DNA of 64,000 bases from an uncultured Acidobacteriota bacterium (lineage in GTDB: Bacteria; Acidobacteriota; Thermoanaerobaculia; Gp7-AA8), in contig CAVUKB010000005.1 in the NCBI GenBank assembly GCA_963741955.1, positions 832,001 to 896,000 on the forward strand. Direction: 5' to 3'. This document shows, one piece after another, positions 36,009 through 48,672 of the stretch. The notes beneath the pieces were generated by a model, which saw only the letters and a list, made by a program, of their open reading frames with translations, was not told the origin of the DNA and made no database searches. Numbering within the stretch: the first letter of the stretch is position 1; every line of letters starts with the position of its first letter. Made by a program: the position numbers and the translations under genes.

Positions 36009-37613
36009 TCATCCCAGAATCTCGACCGCGACTGCCTCCGCGACGCGGATGCCGTCGATCGCCGAGGAGAGAATGCCTCCCGCGAAACCGGCGCCTTCTC
36101 CGGCCGGGAAGAGGCCGGGAGTGCTGACGCTCTGAAGAGAGTCGTCGTGGCGCGCGATGCGGATCGGAGAGGAGGTCCGCGTTTCGACACCGGTCAGAAC
36201 GGCGTCGGCCATCGCGAAGCCGGGCAGGGTTCGATCGAACGCCGGAATCGCCTCACGGATCGCGGCGGTGGCCCAGTCGGGAAGGCTCGAGTCGAGCTCG
36301 GTCGGAGTCACGCCGGGAGTGTAAGACGGGATGACCTCGCCCACTCCGGAGGAGGGACGACGCAGGAGAAAGTCCCCGACGCGCTGAATCGGGGCCCGAT
36401 AGTCGCCGCCGCCGAGACGAAAGGCCCTCCCCTCCCACTCTCTCTGGAACGCGATGCCGGCCAGTGGGCCACCCGGATAGTCGGCCGGTGAGATGCCGAC
36501 CACGATTCCCGCATTCGCGTTCCGGTCCGCCCGCGCGTACTGGCTCATTCCGTTGGTGACGACGCGACCGGGCTCGGATGTGGCCGCGACGACCGTCCCT
36601 CCCGGGCACATGCAGAAGCTGTAGACCGAGCGGCCGTTGCTGCAGTGATGAGTCAACTTGTAGTCGGCCGCGCCGAGTCGGGGATGCCCCGCGGCGTCGC
36701 CGAATCGGCTACGATCGATCAGGCTCTGTGGGTGCTCGATCCGGAACCCGATCGAGAATGGCTTCGGTTCGATCCGGACGCCCGAAGCGAGGAGCATCTC
36801 GAACGTATCGCGGGCGCTGTGGCCGACCGCGAGGACGACCTGATCGGCCCGGATCTCCTCACCGCTGGCAAGAACCACCCCACGCAACCGGCCCTCGTCG
36901 AGGTGCAGTTGCACCACGCGAACTCCGAAACGCATCTCACCGCCCAGAGCCTCGATCTTCTCCCGGATGTTCTCGACCATCTTCACCAGTCGGAAGGTCC
37001 CGATGTGGGGCTTGCTCGACCAGAGAATCTCACTCGGGGCGCCGGCCTCCACCAGCTCCGTGAGGACCTTGCGCCCGAGATGACGCGGATCGCGGACCTG
37101 GCTGTAAAGCTTGCCGTCGGAGAACGTCCCCGCTCCTCCTTCGCCGAACTGGACGTTCGACTCCGGATCGAGAGTGCCCGTCCGCCAGAAGCCGAACGTG
37201 TCGGCGGTGCGCTCGCGGACCTTCTTCCCGCGCTCCAGCACGATCGGTCGAAGTCCCATCTGCGCGAGGACGAGCGCGGCAAAGAGACCACAGGGGCCCA
37301 TTCCGATCACCACCGGACGCGGCTCGATCGTTCGTCCCGCCGCATTCGCGACGAAGCGATACTCCATGTCGGGTGTCTCAGCCACCTCCGGGTCGTCTTT
37401 CATCCGGGAGAGGATCGCCGCCTCCTCCGGCGTCTCGACATCGACGGTGTACACGAGGACGATCGCCCGCTTCTTCCGCGCATCGTGGCTGCGCCTGAAC
37501 ACGGTGAGCTCGAGCGGAGTTCCGGCGTCGAGCCCGAGGCGCCGGCGGACCGCGGCATCGAGCTCGGCCTCGTCATGGTCGAGAGGAAGGCGGAGTTGAG
37601 AGATTCGAATCAA
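36009..37613 (-). CDS. NAD(P)/FAD-dependent oxidoreductase (COG2509-like)
   Basis: GMGPCG, GEGGAGTFSDGKL, FCMCPGG, GVETRTSSP; probable TTG start. Confidence 0.9.
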   Translation of the reverse strand: MIRISQLRLPLDHDEAELDAAVRRRLGLDAGTPLELTVFRRSHDARKKRAIVLVYTVDVETPEEAAILSRMKDDPEVAETPDMEYRFVANAAGRTIEPRPVVIGMGPCGLFAALVLAQMGLRPIVLERGKKVRERTADTFGFWRTGTLDPESNVQFGEGGAGTFSDGKLYSQVRDPRHLGRKVLTELVEAGAPSEILWSSKPHIGTFRLVKMVENIREKIEALGGEMRFGVRVVQLHLDEGRLRGVVLASGEEIRADQVVLAVGHSARDTFEMLLASGVRIEPKPFSIGFRIEHPQSLIDRSRFGDAAGHPRLGAADYKLTHHCSNGRSVYSFCMCPGGTVVAATSEPGRVVTNGMSQYARADRNANAGIVVGISPADYPGGPLAGIAFQREWEGRAFRLGGGDYRAPIQRVGDFLLRRPSSGVGEVIPSYTPGVTPTELDSSLPDWATAAIREAIPAFDRTLPGFAMADAVLTGVETRTSSPIRIARHDDSLQSVSTPGLFPAGEGAGFAGGILSSAIDGIRVAEAVAVEILG

Positions 37614-37903
37614 GGATGGTCTCCAGGCAGAGAAGACGATCATAACTCCGACCGGCGAGCTCCCACCGCGGGATCTCCGATCCATCCGAAAATTTCGGAG
37701 CGATGCGCGGCCTCGCGGAGAGGAGGAGGAGTCGAGTGCCGGCGACCGCTACGCTCGACATCCCTCTGATCAGGAACCACGAGTTGCGCGGAGCTCATCG
37801 CGGAAGATCACCATGGCCCGGAGGAGTGGTAGCAAACGCAAGATTCGGAACCCGTCCATGCGGGCCCGGGAGCTGACCGGCGGGAAAAGGACGAGGTGGA
37901 ATG

Positions 37904-37933
37904 GTACGAACGGGGTTCGGCGTTCGTACGAAC
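37904..37933. promoter_or_regulatory. Probable TA operator palindromes
   Basis: GTACGAACG..CGTTCGTAC inverted repeat and GTTCGTACGAAC palindrome directly before the antitoxin ATG. Confidence 0.55.
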
Positions 37934-38161
37934 ATGAGCAAGCGACTGGTGCGCACTGGCAACAGCCTCTCGCTGATCCTCGATCGTCCGCTGCTCGAAC
38001 AAACCGGGATCGACGAGAACACGGACCTCGAGATCTCCACCGACGGCGATGTGGTGATCATTTCCCCCGTTCGGACCAGTGCCCGCAACCGGAAATTGAA
38101 ACGGGCGGTCGACGAAATCAATGATCGCTATGCCGGGGTGTTTCGGCGGCTGGCGGAGTGA
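37934..38161 (+). CDS. AbrB/MazE-type antitoxin
   Basis: 'KRLVRTGNSLSLIL'; upstream of a Doc toxin. Confidence 0.88.
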   Translation: MSKRLVRTGNSLSLILDRPLLEQTGIDENTDLEISTDGDVVIISPVRTSARNRKLKRAVDEINDRYAGVFRRLAE

Positions 38162-38164
38162 CGG

Positions 38165-38554
38165 GTGTCCCCCGTCTTCCTCACGCTCGACGAGGTTCTG
38201 GCAATTCACGCGGATCAGCTGCGCCGGTACGGCGGACGTGATGGTCTGCGAAGCGTCTCCTTACTGGAGTCGGCCATAGGGATGCCCGAGGCCAGCTTCG
38301 CCGACCAGTTCCTTCATCCAACGGTTCCGGAGATGGCTGCGGCTTACGGCTGGCACATCGCCAGAAACCACCCGTTCATCGACGGGAACAAACGAGCCGC
38401 CCTGGCCTCCATGCTCGTGTTTCTCTGGTTCAATGGGCTCTGGGTGGAGGCGGATGAGGACGCGCTGACGGAGTTGATGCTCGGGGTCGCATCCGGGAAG
38501 GTGTCGAAATCGGAGCTGGCGATCTTTCTGGAACGTCACGCGAGAGAACGGTGA
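38165..38554 (+). CDS. doc: Doc/Fic-family toxin
   Basis: HPFIDGNKR motif; 'HADQLRRYGG..GLR'. Confidence 0.92.
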   Translation: MSPVFLTLDEVLAIHADQLRRYGGRDGLRSVSLLESAIGMPEASFADQFLHPTVPEMAAAYGWHIARNHPFIDGNKRAALASMLVFLWFNGLWVEADEDALTELMLGVASGKVSKSELAIFLERHARER

Positions 38555-38674
38555 TCGAAACATCCGGGATCGAAATATTCGGGGTCGCATCCGGGGTCGC
38601 CCATCACATGCCGCTGTGCCGTGCGCACTCACCCCTCCTCCCTCGCGGAGCGAGAATGCTTGCGGGAGCGGATA

Positions 38675-41383
38675 ATGCAAACATCCGTGGAGGCTGCCAT
38701 GACCGCGTCCGAGATCGTCGATCCACTGCACCTGATGCGTTTCGCCGCCGACGTCGTGCTCCGGAACGGGACCACTCTCCGGCTCCGCCCGGTATTCGCC
38801 GCAGACGCTCCCCGCGTGCTCGAGTTCCTCGAGCATCTCTCCAGGGAAAGTCTCGAGCTCCGTTTCTGCTCTCCGCGCGTTCCCGACGAGAAGATGGCGA
38901 AGGAGATGGCGGTCAGCGATCCGGAGACGACGTTCGGGCTGGCCGGTGAGTTCGACGAACGGATCGTCGCGATCGCCCACTACTACCGCACGGCGCCCGG
39001 CGGCGATCGCGCCGAGGTCGCGTTCACCATCGCAGACGGGATGCAGGGACTTGGAGTCGGCACGCGCCTTCTCGAGCGTCTCGCCGACGTGGGACGCCAG
39101 TACGGCATCCGTCTGTTCGAAGCGGAAGTCTCACCGACCAACTACGCGATGATGAAAGTGTTTCTCGACTCCGGGTTCGAGCTGCAGGAGAGCGCGAGCG
39201 GGAGGCACTTCGAGATGCTGATCGAGCCGACCGAGTCGTACGAGGACCGCTCTTCGGATCGGGCACGCCAGGCGGCGACGGCGTCGATGAAGGCGCTGTT
39301 CGAGCCGCGGTCGATCGCGGTGATCGGAGCAGGCCGCCACCCGCGTCATCTTGGTGCGGAGCTCTTCAACAATTTGATGCGCTTCGGTTTCAAGGGACGG
39401 CTCCATCCGGTGAACCCCACCGCGAAGGAGATTCAGTACGTCCCGGCGTACCCCACGGTTCAGGACGTCCCCGGGGAGGTCGATCTCGCGTTCATCGCCG
39501 TCCCGGCCGGCGAAGTGGAAAAGGTCATCGACGACTGCATCGAGAAGAAAGTGCGCGCCGTGGTGGTGATGACCGGCGGATTCAGTGAAGCGGGAGCGGA
39601 AGGACATGCCCGAGAGCTCCGGCTGGTGGAGAAGATCCGCTCGGCCGGAATCCGGATGGTCGGGCCGAACGCGATGGGCCTCCTGAACACGGATCCCTCG
39701 ATCTCCCTTCACGGAACGTTCGCCGAGATGGAGGCACCTCCCGGCAACGTCGCGATGTCGACCCAGAGCGGCGCGCTCGGACTCGCCACACTCGATTACG
39801 CGCGGCAGCTCAACATCGGCTTCTCCACTTTCATCTCCGTGGGCAACAAGGCCGACGTCTCCGGCAATGACCTGATCCAGTACTGGGCGGACGACCCGCG
39901 CACGGAAGTCATCCTTCTCTACCTCGAGAGCTTCGGAAACCCGAAGAAATTCGCGCGTATCGCGCCCCGCGTCGCGCGGAAGAAGCCGATCGTGGCGGTC
40001 AAATCGGGACGTTCGCAGACCGGCGCACGCGCCGCTCTCCGCCACTCCGGCGCGACGCTCGCGAGCGACACGGTGGTCGCGAATCTCTTCCGCCAGGCCG
40101 GAATCATCCGCACCGACACGCTCGAGGAGATGTTCGACGTGGCGATGCTCCTCGCGAACCAGCCGCTGCCGCGCGGGCCGCGGGTGGCCATCGTCACCAA
40201 TGCAGGAGGGCCCGCGGTTCTCGCCGCCGATGCATGCGAAGCACGAGGACTCCAGCTCGCCTCGCTCAGCAGCGAGACAGTGGAAGAGTTGCGCGCGTTC
40301 ATCCCCGAGCCGGCCGCGATCGAGAACCCGGTCAATCTCTCCCCCGACTCCCCTGCCGAGAGGTACTGGCGGACGATGGAAGTCCTTCTCGACGATCCGG
40401 ACGTCGACTCACTTCTCGTCATTCACATCCCGGTCTTCGCCGAGGATACCGAATCGGTGGTGCGGGGAATCAAAGAGGGAGCGGCGACGTCGAACGGCAA
40501 ACCCGTGGTCGGCACGATCATGAGCGCGCAGGGAATCCCGGAGGAGCTCGCGCCCCTTCCCTGCTTTCCTTTCCCCGAGCGTGCGGCGGCCGCCCTCGCG
40601 AGAATCACCACCTATGCGGAGTGGCGGAGAAGACCGGTGGGACGGATGCGCCGCTTCGACGACATCAATGCCAACGGAATCCGGGAGATCGTACGCCGTG
40701 CAGCAGCGGAGCGTGCGGCGTGGCTGCCGCCCGAGGACGCGAGGAAGCTGCTCGCACTCGCAGGCATCCGGGTGCTCGAAGCCGTGCACGTGGCGACGCC
40801 GAAAGAGGCGATCGCAGCGGCCGAGCGGATCGGTTTCCCGGTGGTGCTGAAGGCGATGGTCTCGTCACTGAGACGAGAGGTCGAGACGGCGTCGGTACGG
40901 GAGGCAATCTCTGCGGGTGACGTCCGCGAAGTGTGGGACGACATGCACGAGCGCTTCGGGACGCGGCTCAGGCAGATCGTGGTCCAGAAGCTGGTCGAAG
41001 AAGGGATGGAAGTGATGATCGGCGTGACGGAACAGCCGACCTTCGGACATCTCCTCTTCTACGGCAGCGCCGCGTCCGACTGCTTCCTCACTCCGGAAGT
41101 CGCGTTCCGCTTCCATCCGATCACCGACGTCGACGCGGCAGATCTGATGCGGGAAGTGCGGGCCACGACGATGCTCCTCCAGAATCCGGAGACGACCGAC
41201 GGAGTCCCGGAGATCGAGGAGATGCTGTTGCGTCTCTCGGCAATCCTCGATGGCTGTCCGGAGATCCGGGAGATCGAGATCTCGCCGTTCCGCTTCATCG
41301 GCTCACGCCCGCTCGCCCTCGAAGCGCACGTCCGGGTCGGCGCGCCGGAGCCCAACGGAAGCGCGAGAAGAATCCAGTATTAA
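38675..41383 (+). CDS. GNAT + NDP-forming acyl-CoA-synthetase-like fusion (Pat-type protein lysine acetyltransferase)
   Basis: N-terminal GNAT (AEVAF...QGLGVGT), CoA-binding domain (GPNAMG, QSGA), TNAGG, ATP-grasp C-terminus. Start uncertain (38621-38699). Confidence 0.88.
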   Translation: MQTSVEAAMTASEIVDPLHLMRFAADVVLRNGTTLRLRPVFAADAPRVLEFLEHLSRESLELRFCSPRVPDEKMAKEMAVSDPETTFGLAGEFDERIVAIAHYYRTAPGGDRAEVAFTIADGMQGLGVGTRLLERLADVGRQYGIRLFEAEVSPTNYAMMKVFLDSGFELQESASGRHFEMLIEPTESYEDRSSDRARQAATASMKALFEPRSIAVIGAGRHPRHLGAELFNNLMRFGFKGRLHPVNPTAKEIQYVPAYPTVQDVPGEVDLAFIAVPAGEVEKVIDDCIEKKVRAVVVMTGGFSEAGAEGHARELRLVEKIRSAGIRMVGPNAMGLLNTDPSISLHGTFAEMEAPPGNVAMSTQSGALGLATLDYARQLNIGFSTFISVGNKADVSGNDLIQYWADDPRTEVILLYLESFGNPKKFARIAPRVARKKPIVAVKSGRSQTGARAALRHSGATLASDTVVANLFRQAGIIRTDTLEEMFDVAMLLANQPLPRGPRVAIVTNAGGPAVLAADACEARGLQLASLSSETVEELRAFIPEPAAIENPVNLSPDSPAERYWRTMEVLLDDPDVDSLLVIHIPVFAEDTESVVRGIKEGAATSNGKPVVGTIMSAQGIPEELAPLPCFPFPERAAAALARITTYAEWRRRPVGRMRRFDDINANGIREIVRRAAAERAAWLPPEDARKLLALAGIRVLEAVHVATPKEAIAAAERIGFPVVLKAMVSSLRREVETASVREAISAGDVREVWDDMHERFGTRLRQIVVQKLVEEGMEVMIGVTEQPTFGHLLFYGSAASDCFLTPEVAFRFHPITDVDAADLMREVRATTMLLQNPETTDGVPEIEEMLLRLSAILDGCPEIREIEISPFRFIGSRPLALEAHVRVGAPEPNGSARRIQY

Positions 41384-41386
41384 AGC

Positions 41387-41483
41387 ATCTGGTATCTGAG
41401 ATCTGGTATCTGGTATCTGAGATGTCTGAGATGTCTGAGATGTCTGAGATGCCTGAGCTCTGATATCTGGTATCTGATATCTG
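41387..41483. repeat. Short tandem repeats (ATCTGGT/ATCTGAG heptamers, ATGTCTGAG nonamers)
   Basis: Directly visible between convergent stops. Confidence 0.9.
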
Positions 41484-41519
41484 TTGGAGGTCCGGCGGGT
41501 CTCCGATCGCGGAAGCTTC

Positions 41520-42173
41520 TCAGACCAGCTTCTTCTGAAACGCGAACGCGACCGCTTCGGCTTTCGAGTGGACCTCGATCTTCTCCATGATCTTCTGGAT
41601 GTGATTCCGCGCGGTCAGCGGCGCGATGTGGAGGGAAGTCGCGATCTCGTGCGTCGACATCCCGGTGGCCATCATCCGGAGCACTTCGTGCTCCCGCTGG
41701 GTGAGGCTCCGGACCCGGGCGTCGAGAGATTCGCGGACCAGCGCCAGTGGCGGACGCGGAAGTTCTCCGGCCGTTTCAGGGGCCTCGTCCGCTGGAATCA
41801 GGACGTGCACGAGGTAGAAGTTGTCCCGGCTCACGTCGAGATTCATGATGGTGACGTTCACGCCGACTGAGCTTCGATCTTTCGCCCGAAGCTGCAGATT
41901 GAAGTGCCGAACCGTCTCGTGCCGCGCCGCCATCTCCACGATAGGACAGTGGTCGGAGCAGTAGCGGTTCCCGAATGCATCCGAGCCCTGGAGCTTTCCC
42001 GCGCAGGAAGCACCCACCATCTCCTCCCTGCTGTATCCGAGCAGCTGCTCCGCGGCATCGTTCCAGAAGACGATCCGGTTTCTCCGGTCCGTGGCCATGA
42101 CCGGTTCGCGCGCCATGGAGAGAACGGCGAACAGTTGTTCCGGATCAGGAACAAGATCGGTGACGAGTGGCAT
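41520..42173 (-). CDS. PAS + LuxR-HTH transcriptional regulator
   Basis: 'IVFWNDAAEQLLGYSREEMVG'; 'LTQREHEVL...EIA..L.IAPLTARNH'. Confidence 0.92.
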   Translation of the reverse strand: MPLVTDLVPDPEQLFAVLSMAREPVMATDRRNRIVFWNDAAEQLLGYSREEMVGASCAGKLQGSDAFGNRYCSDHCPIVEMAARHETVRHFNLQLRAKDRSSVGVNVTIMNLDVSRDNFYLVHVLIPADEAPETAGELPRPPLALVRESLDARVRSLTQREHEVLRMMATGMSTHEIATSLHIAPLTARNHIQKIMEKIEVHSKAEAVAFAFQKKLV

Positions 42174-42391
42174 CGGCTGACTTCCCGTAGTTCGGCCGCG
42201 ACGCCCCGTTCAACCCCCGGATATCCGGTCCGGCGGGGCGCACTACAGATTCCGCCATCATACGCTCGAAGTGGTGCCTTTTCACCACGTCGAATGGTGC
42301 ATTCCGACGATTCGAATCATCGGCCGGCCGCCTAGAGTGCCGAAATGCCGCTCCCCCTCCCGAAATCCGGGAGCGGATAGAAGGAGACCAC

Positions 42392-43486
42392 GTGCAATCG
42401 GCAGGCACTTCAGGGAGACACATTCCTCTCGCCCTCCTTGCAATCCTCGTCCTCTCTCTCTTTGCCATGACTCCGCCTCTCCACGCGCAGATAGTGGTGA
42501 AAGGAGGAGACGACGTCTCGCTCCGCCTCGGACTCCTCGCACAGCCGCAGGCGCAATGGACGGAAGACGCTTCCGGCGGAAACGCACAGGATCTCTTCAT
42601 CCGGCGACTCCGCATACTCCTCGGTGGCCAGATCTCGAAGAACTTCTCGTTCTTCGTCGAGACGGACTCGCCGAATCTCGGCAAGACGGCCGGCGGAAAG
42701 AAGAACACCTCTCAGAACGTGTATCTCCAGGATGCGTTCGTCAGTTACAAGTTCACCCCCGCCGCGATCGTCGACGCCGGGCTGATCCTCATTCCGATGT
42801 CGAGAAACGGTCTGCAGAGTGCAGCCTCGCTTCTCCCCATCGACTACGGGACGTACACGTTCACCCAGAACGCCGCAACACAGTCGATCGTCGGCCGCGA
42901 CACCGGCGTTCAGCTGCGTGGCAATCTCGCAGCGAATCATTTCGAGTACCGCGTCGGCGTCTTCCAGGGAGCCCGTGACGCAGCATCGCACAACGGATTC
43001 CGTTCCGCCGGACGCGTGCAGTACGACGTGTGGGAGGCCGAGAGCGGCTTCTTCTACACCGGCACGTATCTCGGGAAGAAGAAGGTGCTCGCATTCGGCG
43101 CCGGGTACGACATCCAGGACGACTACAGTGCATGGGACGGCGATGCCTTCATGGATCTTCCGACTCCCGGCGGTGCGTTCACCGGGCAGCTCGACTACAT
43201 GCACTTCGACGGCGGTACTTTCCTCACCTCGATCAAGAAGCAGAACGACGTCCTCGCGGAGCTCGGCTATCTCATCCGATCGGCGAAGCTCACTCCTCTC
43301 GTTCAGTACACGCGACGCGACGTCACCGGCGGAGATGCCGGCGACGAGTCGCGCATGAGCGCAGGCGCGGCGTACTGGCTCTCCGGACACAACGCGAACG
43401 TGAAGGCCCTCTACACGCGGATATCACCCGGCGTGGGGAGCGATACGAATCAGTTTTCGGTTCAACTGCAACTGTTCTACTACTGA
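42392..43486 (+). CDS. Outer-membrane porin (OprO/P-like)
   Basis: Signal peptide; alternating beta strands; 'FIRRLRI', 'GRDTG'; C-terminal QLQLFYY. Confidence 0.75.
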   Translation: MQSAGTSGRHIPLALLAILVLSLFAMTPPLHAQIVVKGGDDVSLRLGLLAQPQAQWTEDASGGNAQDLFIRRLRILLGGQISKNFSFFVETDSPNLGKTAGGKKNTSQNVYLQDAFVSYKFTPAAIVDAGLILIPMSRNGLQSAASLLPIDYGTYTFTQNAATQSIVGRDTGVQLRGNLAANHFEYRVGVFQGARDAASHNGFRSAGRVQYDVWEAESGFFYTGTYLGKKKVLAFGAGYDIQDDYSAWDGDAFMDLPTPGGAFTGQLDYMHFDGGTFLTSIKKQNDVLAELGYLIRSAKLTPLVQYTRRDVTGGDAGDESRMSAGAAYWLSGHNANVKALYTRISPGVGSDTNQFSVQLQLFYY

Positions 43487-43507
43487 GCAGACGGAGGAGA
43501 TTGAATC

Positions 43508-44770
43508 ATGAGCTCTTCGGAAGAATCGATCAATCGCTGGTGGCGCGTGGTCGGCGCCCTTCTGATGAACCTTTCACTCGGATCGCTTTACGCATGGAGC
43601 ATCTTCGTTGCACCGCTGGAGAAGGAGTTCGGCTGGAATCGCCAGCAGACTTCCTGGATCTTCACCATAGCGATCGTCGTCTTCGGCGCCTCCTTCGTCG
43701 TCGCAGGGCGCCTCCAGGACCGCCTCGGCCCGTTCAAGATCTCTCTGATCGGCGCCGTCGCGCTCAGCGCGGGCTTCATCCTCGCGAGCTTCACCCATTC
43801 TCTGACCTGGAGCATCATGACTCTCGGCGTGGTGGTCGGACTGGGGAACGGTTTCGGCTATGCGACTCCGATCCCCGTGCTCTCCAAATGGTTCCCGGAC
43901 AAGCGCGGACTCGCGGTCGGTCTCGCGGTCGCCGGCTACGGCGGCGGTTCTGCGATCTTCGCGTTCATCGGACCGCCGATGCTCGCCCGGCTCGGCTGGA
44001 GCGGAACGTTCCGCTGGATCGGCATCGGCTTCTTCATCGCCACGGTCGTCGCGGCTTTCCTCCTGAAGAATCCTCCGGTCGGATGGAAGCCCGAAGGATG
44101 GGTCCCCGCGACCAGTTCGAAAGCGGCGTCCTCGGGGGTCGAGCTCGCACCGACCCAGATGCTCCGCAAGAAGCAGTTCTACCTGATGTGGGTCGCGTAC
44201 TGCCTCGGGGCGGCCGCCGGCCTGATGACCATCAGCCAGCTCATTCCATTCGCCAAGAGCGTCGGCCTTCCGGCCACCGCCGCGACCCTGACCCTCCTGA
44301 TCGCCGCGTGCGGCAACGCGATCGGGCGCATCTTCTCCGGATTCCTCTCGGACAAGATCGGCCGCCTGCAGACGCTTCGACTGATGATCCTCATCTCCGC
44401 GATCATCATGCCGATCGTAGCGAACACCTCGAACCTCGAAGCGGTATACATCCTGATCTTCGGTGTCTACTACTGCTTCGGCACACTGCTGTCCGTCTTC
44501 CCGTCCACCACGGCCGACTTCTTCGGGACCAGAAATCTCGGAGTCAACTACGGCTGGATGTTCACTGCTTACGCCGTGGCCGGCATCGTCGGCCCCATGA
44601 TCGGCGGATCGATGTTCCGCACTTATCAGAACTACACCATCGCCTTCTACACTGCTGGCGTCCTTTCCGTCGTCGCGCTGATCTCGATCGTGCTCGCACG
44701 CCGGCCGGAAGCCTCTGAAGCGTTTCCTGCCGGAGCCGTACCAGCCGCCGCCGGTTCGCTGAAGGGATGA
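43508..44770 (+). CDS. OFA-family MFS transporter (oxalate/formate/monocarboxylate)
   Basis: 12 TM; 'GSLYAWSIF', 'KWFPDKRGLAVG', 'DFFGTRNLGVNYG'. Confidence 0.9.
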   Translation: MSSSEESINRWWRVVGALLMNLSLGSLYAWSIFVAPLEKEFGWNRQQTSWIFTIAIVVFGASFVVAGRLQDRLGPFKISLIGAVALSAGFILASFTHSLTWSIMTLGVVVGLGNGFGYATPIPVLSKWFPDKRGLAVGLAVAGYGGGSAIFAFIGPPMLARLGWSGTFRWIGIGFFIATVVAAFLLKNPPVGWKPEGWVPATSSKAASSGVELAPTQMLRKKQFYLMWVAYCLGAAAGLMTISQLIPFAKSVGLPATAATLTLLIAACGNAIGRIFSGFLSDKIGRLQTLRLMILISAIIMPIVANTSNLEAVYILIFGVYYCFGTLLSVFPSTTADFFGTRNLGVNYGWMFTAYAVAGIVGPMIGGSMFRTYQNYTIAFYTAGVLSVVALISIVLARRPEASEAFPAGAVPAAAGSLKG

Positions 44771-44784
44771 GACGAGGAGAAAAC

Positions 44785-46887
<2,103 letters not shown>

Positions 46888-46912
46888 TCGTTGGCAATGG
46901 CTGGCACTGACA

Positions 46913-46940
46913 GGCGGGTCCGAAAGGGCCCGCCTTTTTT
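46913..46940 (+). terminator. Rho-independent terminator
   Basis: GGCGGGTCC-GAAA-GGGCCCGCC-TTTTTT. Confidence 0.9.
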
Positions 46941-47209
46941 GAGAGGCGAGAGGCGAGAGGCGAGAGGCGAGAGGCGCAGAATAATATTCTCTCGACGGAC
47001 GTAAAGACAGAATGTTATTTCTTACAGCGGCCAGAAAACAGCATAAACTTCTTTAAAGCGGTCGGGCGTGCCGGAGTCCCACGCTGCTGAACCCCTCGCC
47101 TCCCTTCTCCCTTCTCCCTTCTCCCTTCTCTCGTCTCTCGTCTCTCGCCCCTCGCCCCTCGCCTCTCGCCTCTCGCCTCTCGCCTCTCGCCCCTCGCCTC
47201 TCGCCTCTC
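46941..47209. repeat. Inverted pair of heptamer tracts around an AT-rich core
   Basis: (GAGAGGC)5 at 46941-46975; about 16 GCCTCTC/CCTTCTC-type units at about 47093-47209. Confidence 0.88.
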
Positions 47210-47271
47210 ACGGAACGCCCATTGCACACGCAGATCCGCGTTATTGAATGCAGGAGAACGGGGGGCAGAAC

Positions 47272-48540
47272 ATGAAAGCCGTCGTCTTTCACGCCATCGG
47301 GGACATCCGTCTGGAAGACGTTGAAGAGCCGAAAATTCAGGAGCGGACGGACGCCATCGTCCGCCTCACGACCAGCGCCATCTGCGGAACCGACCTCCAC
47401 ATGATCCGCGGAACGCTTCGAAAGATGAAGAATGGAACCATTCTCGGCCACGAGGGAGTCGGGATCGTGGAGGAAGTCGGCAACGGAGTTCGCAACTTCC
47501 GGCGCGGTGACCGGGTCATCATCCCTTCGACGATCGCCTGCGGGACCTGCTCCTACTGCCGTGCCGGGTACTACGCTCAGTGCGATCATGCGAACCCGAA
47601 CGGGCCGAACGCCGGCACCGCGTTCTTCGGAGGCCCCGAGAGCAGCGGTCCCTTCAACGGACTGCAAGCCGAGCTCGCACGGGTTCCTTACGCCAACATC
47701 GGACTGGTACGCGTACCGGACGAAGTTTCGGACGATGACGCGATTCTCCTGTCGGACATCTTTCCCACCGGCTACATGGCCGCGGACATCGCGGAGATCG
47801 GGGCCGGGGACACCGTCGCCGTCTTCGGTTGCGGACCGGTCGGGCAGTTCGCGATCGTGAGCGCGATGCTGCTGGGAGCGGGCCGCGTGATCGCCATCGA
47901 TCGGGTCGATTCACGACTCGACAAGGCGCGCGAGATCGGGGCGGAAGTCGTCAACTTCGAGCGTGAGGATCCCGTCGAGACGATCCGGGAGATGACCGGC
48001 GGAATCGGCGTGGACCGCGCGATCGACGCGGTCGGGATCGACGCCGAGACCGCCACCTCCGGACCGGCCCACAGCGAAGCGAACAAGAAGAGCGACGAGT
48101 TCCGTGAGGAACGGAAGACCGTCGCACCGGAGAAGCATCCGAAAGGCGACCTCTGGCAGCCGGGCCATGCTCCGTCGCAGGTATTGCAGTGGGCGGTGGA
48201 CTCGCTGGCCAAAGCCGGGACCCTCTCGATCATCGGTGTCTATTCCGAGAAGCTCGAGACGTTCCCGATCGGGAAGGCCATGAACCGCAACCTCACCCTG
48301 CAGATGGGCAACTGCAATCACCGGAAATACATCCCGATGCTGCTCGACCTCGTTCAAAGCGGAGCGGTCCGTCCGGACCGCGTGCTCACGCAGCATGCTC
48401 CGATGGCTTCGATCATCGATGCGTATCAGCACTTCGACCAGCGCGAGCCCGGGTGGTTGAAAGTCGCCGTCGAGCCGTCGCAGGAGCGACACCGAGAACG
48501 GGTCGCGCGGGCCGAAGAAGAGAGACCGGAAATCCGCTGA
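47272..48540 (+). CDS. Zn-dependent MDR alcohol/formaldehyde dehydrogenase
   Basis: ICGTDLH, GHEG, CxxCxxCx7C, GCGPVG. Confidence 0.92.
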   Translation: MKAVVFHAIGDIRLEDVEEPKIQERTDAIVRLTTSAICGTDLHMIRGTLRKMKNGTILGHEGVGIVEEVGNGVRNFRRGDRVIIPSTIACGTCSYCRAGYYAQCDHANPNGPNAGTAFFGGPESSGPFNGLQAELARVPYANIGLVRVPDEVSDDDAILLSDIFPTGYMAADIAEIGAGDTVAVFGCGPVGQFAIVSAMLLGAGRVIAIDRVDSRLDKAREIGAEVVNFEREDPVETIREMTGGIGVDRAIDAVGIDAETATSGPAHSEANKKSDEFREERKTVAPEKHPKGDLWQPGHAPSQVLQWAVDSLAKAGTLSIIGVYSEKLETFPIGKAMNRNLTLQMGNCNHRKYIPMLLDLVQSGAVRPDRVLTQHAPMASIIDAYQHFDQREPGWLKVAVEPSQERHRERVARAEEERPEIR

Positions 48541-48672
48541 AGCGAACTTCATCAGAATCCAGGAGAGGACCGGACGGAAGATCCCGATTACTGCATATCG
48601 GAGTGCATTCTCAACGGCATCGCGGCGCGCTCTGCTCCGGCGGGGCGCAACGCAGCGCCGACGAGGCGTTCC

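Noticed and set aside
38481-38595. 17-bp direct repeat TCGGGGTCGCATCCGGG within and just after doc
   Set aside because: It does not flank the TA module, so it is not a target duplication; probably a local slippage scar.
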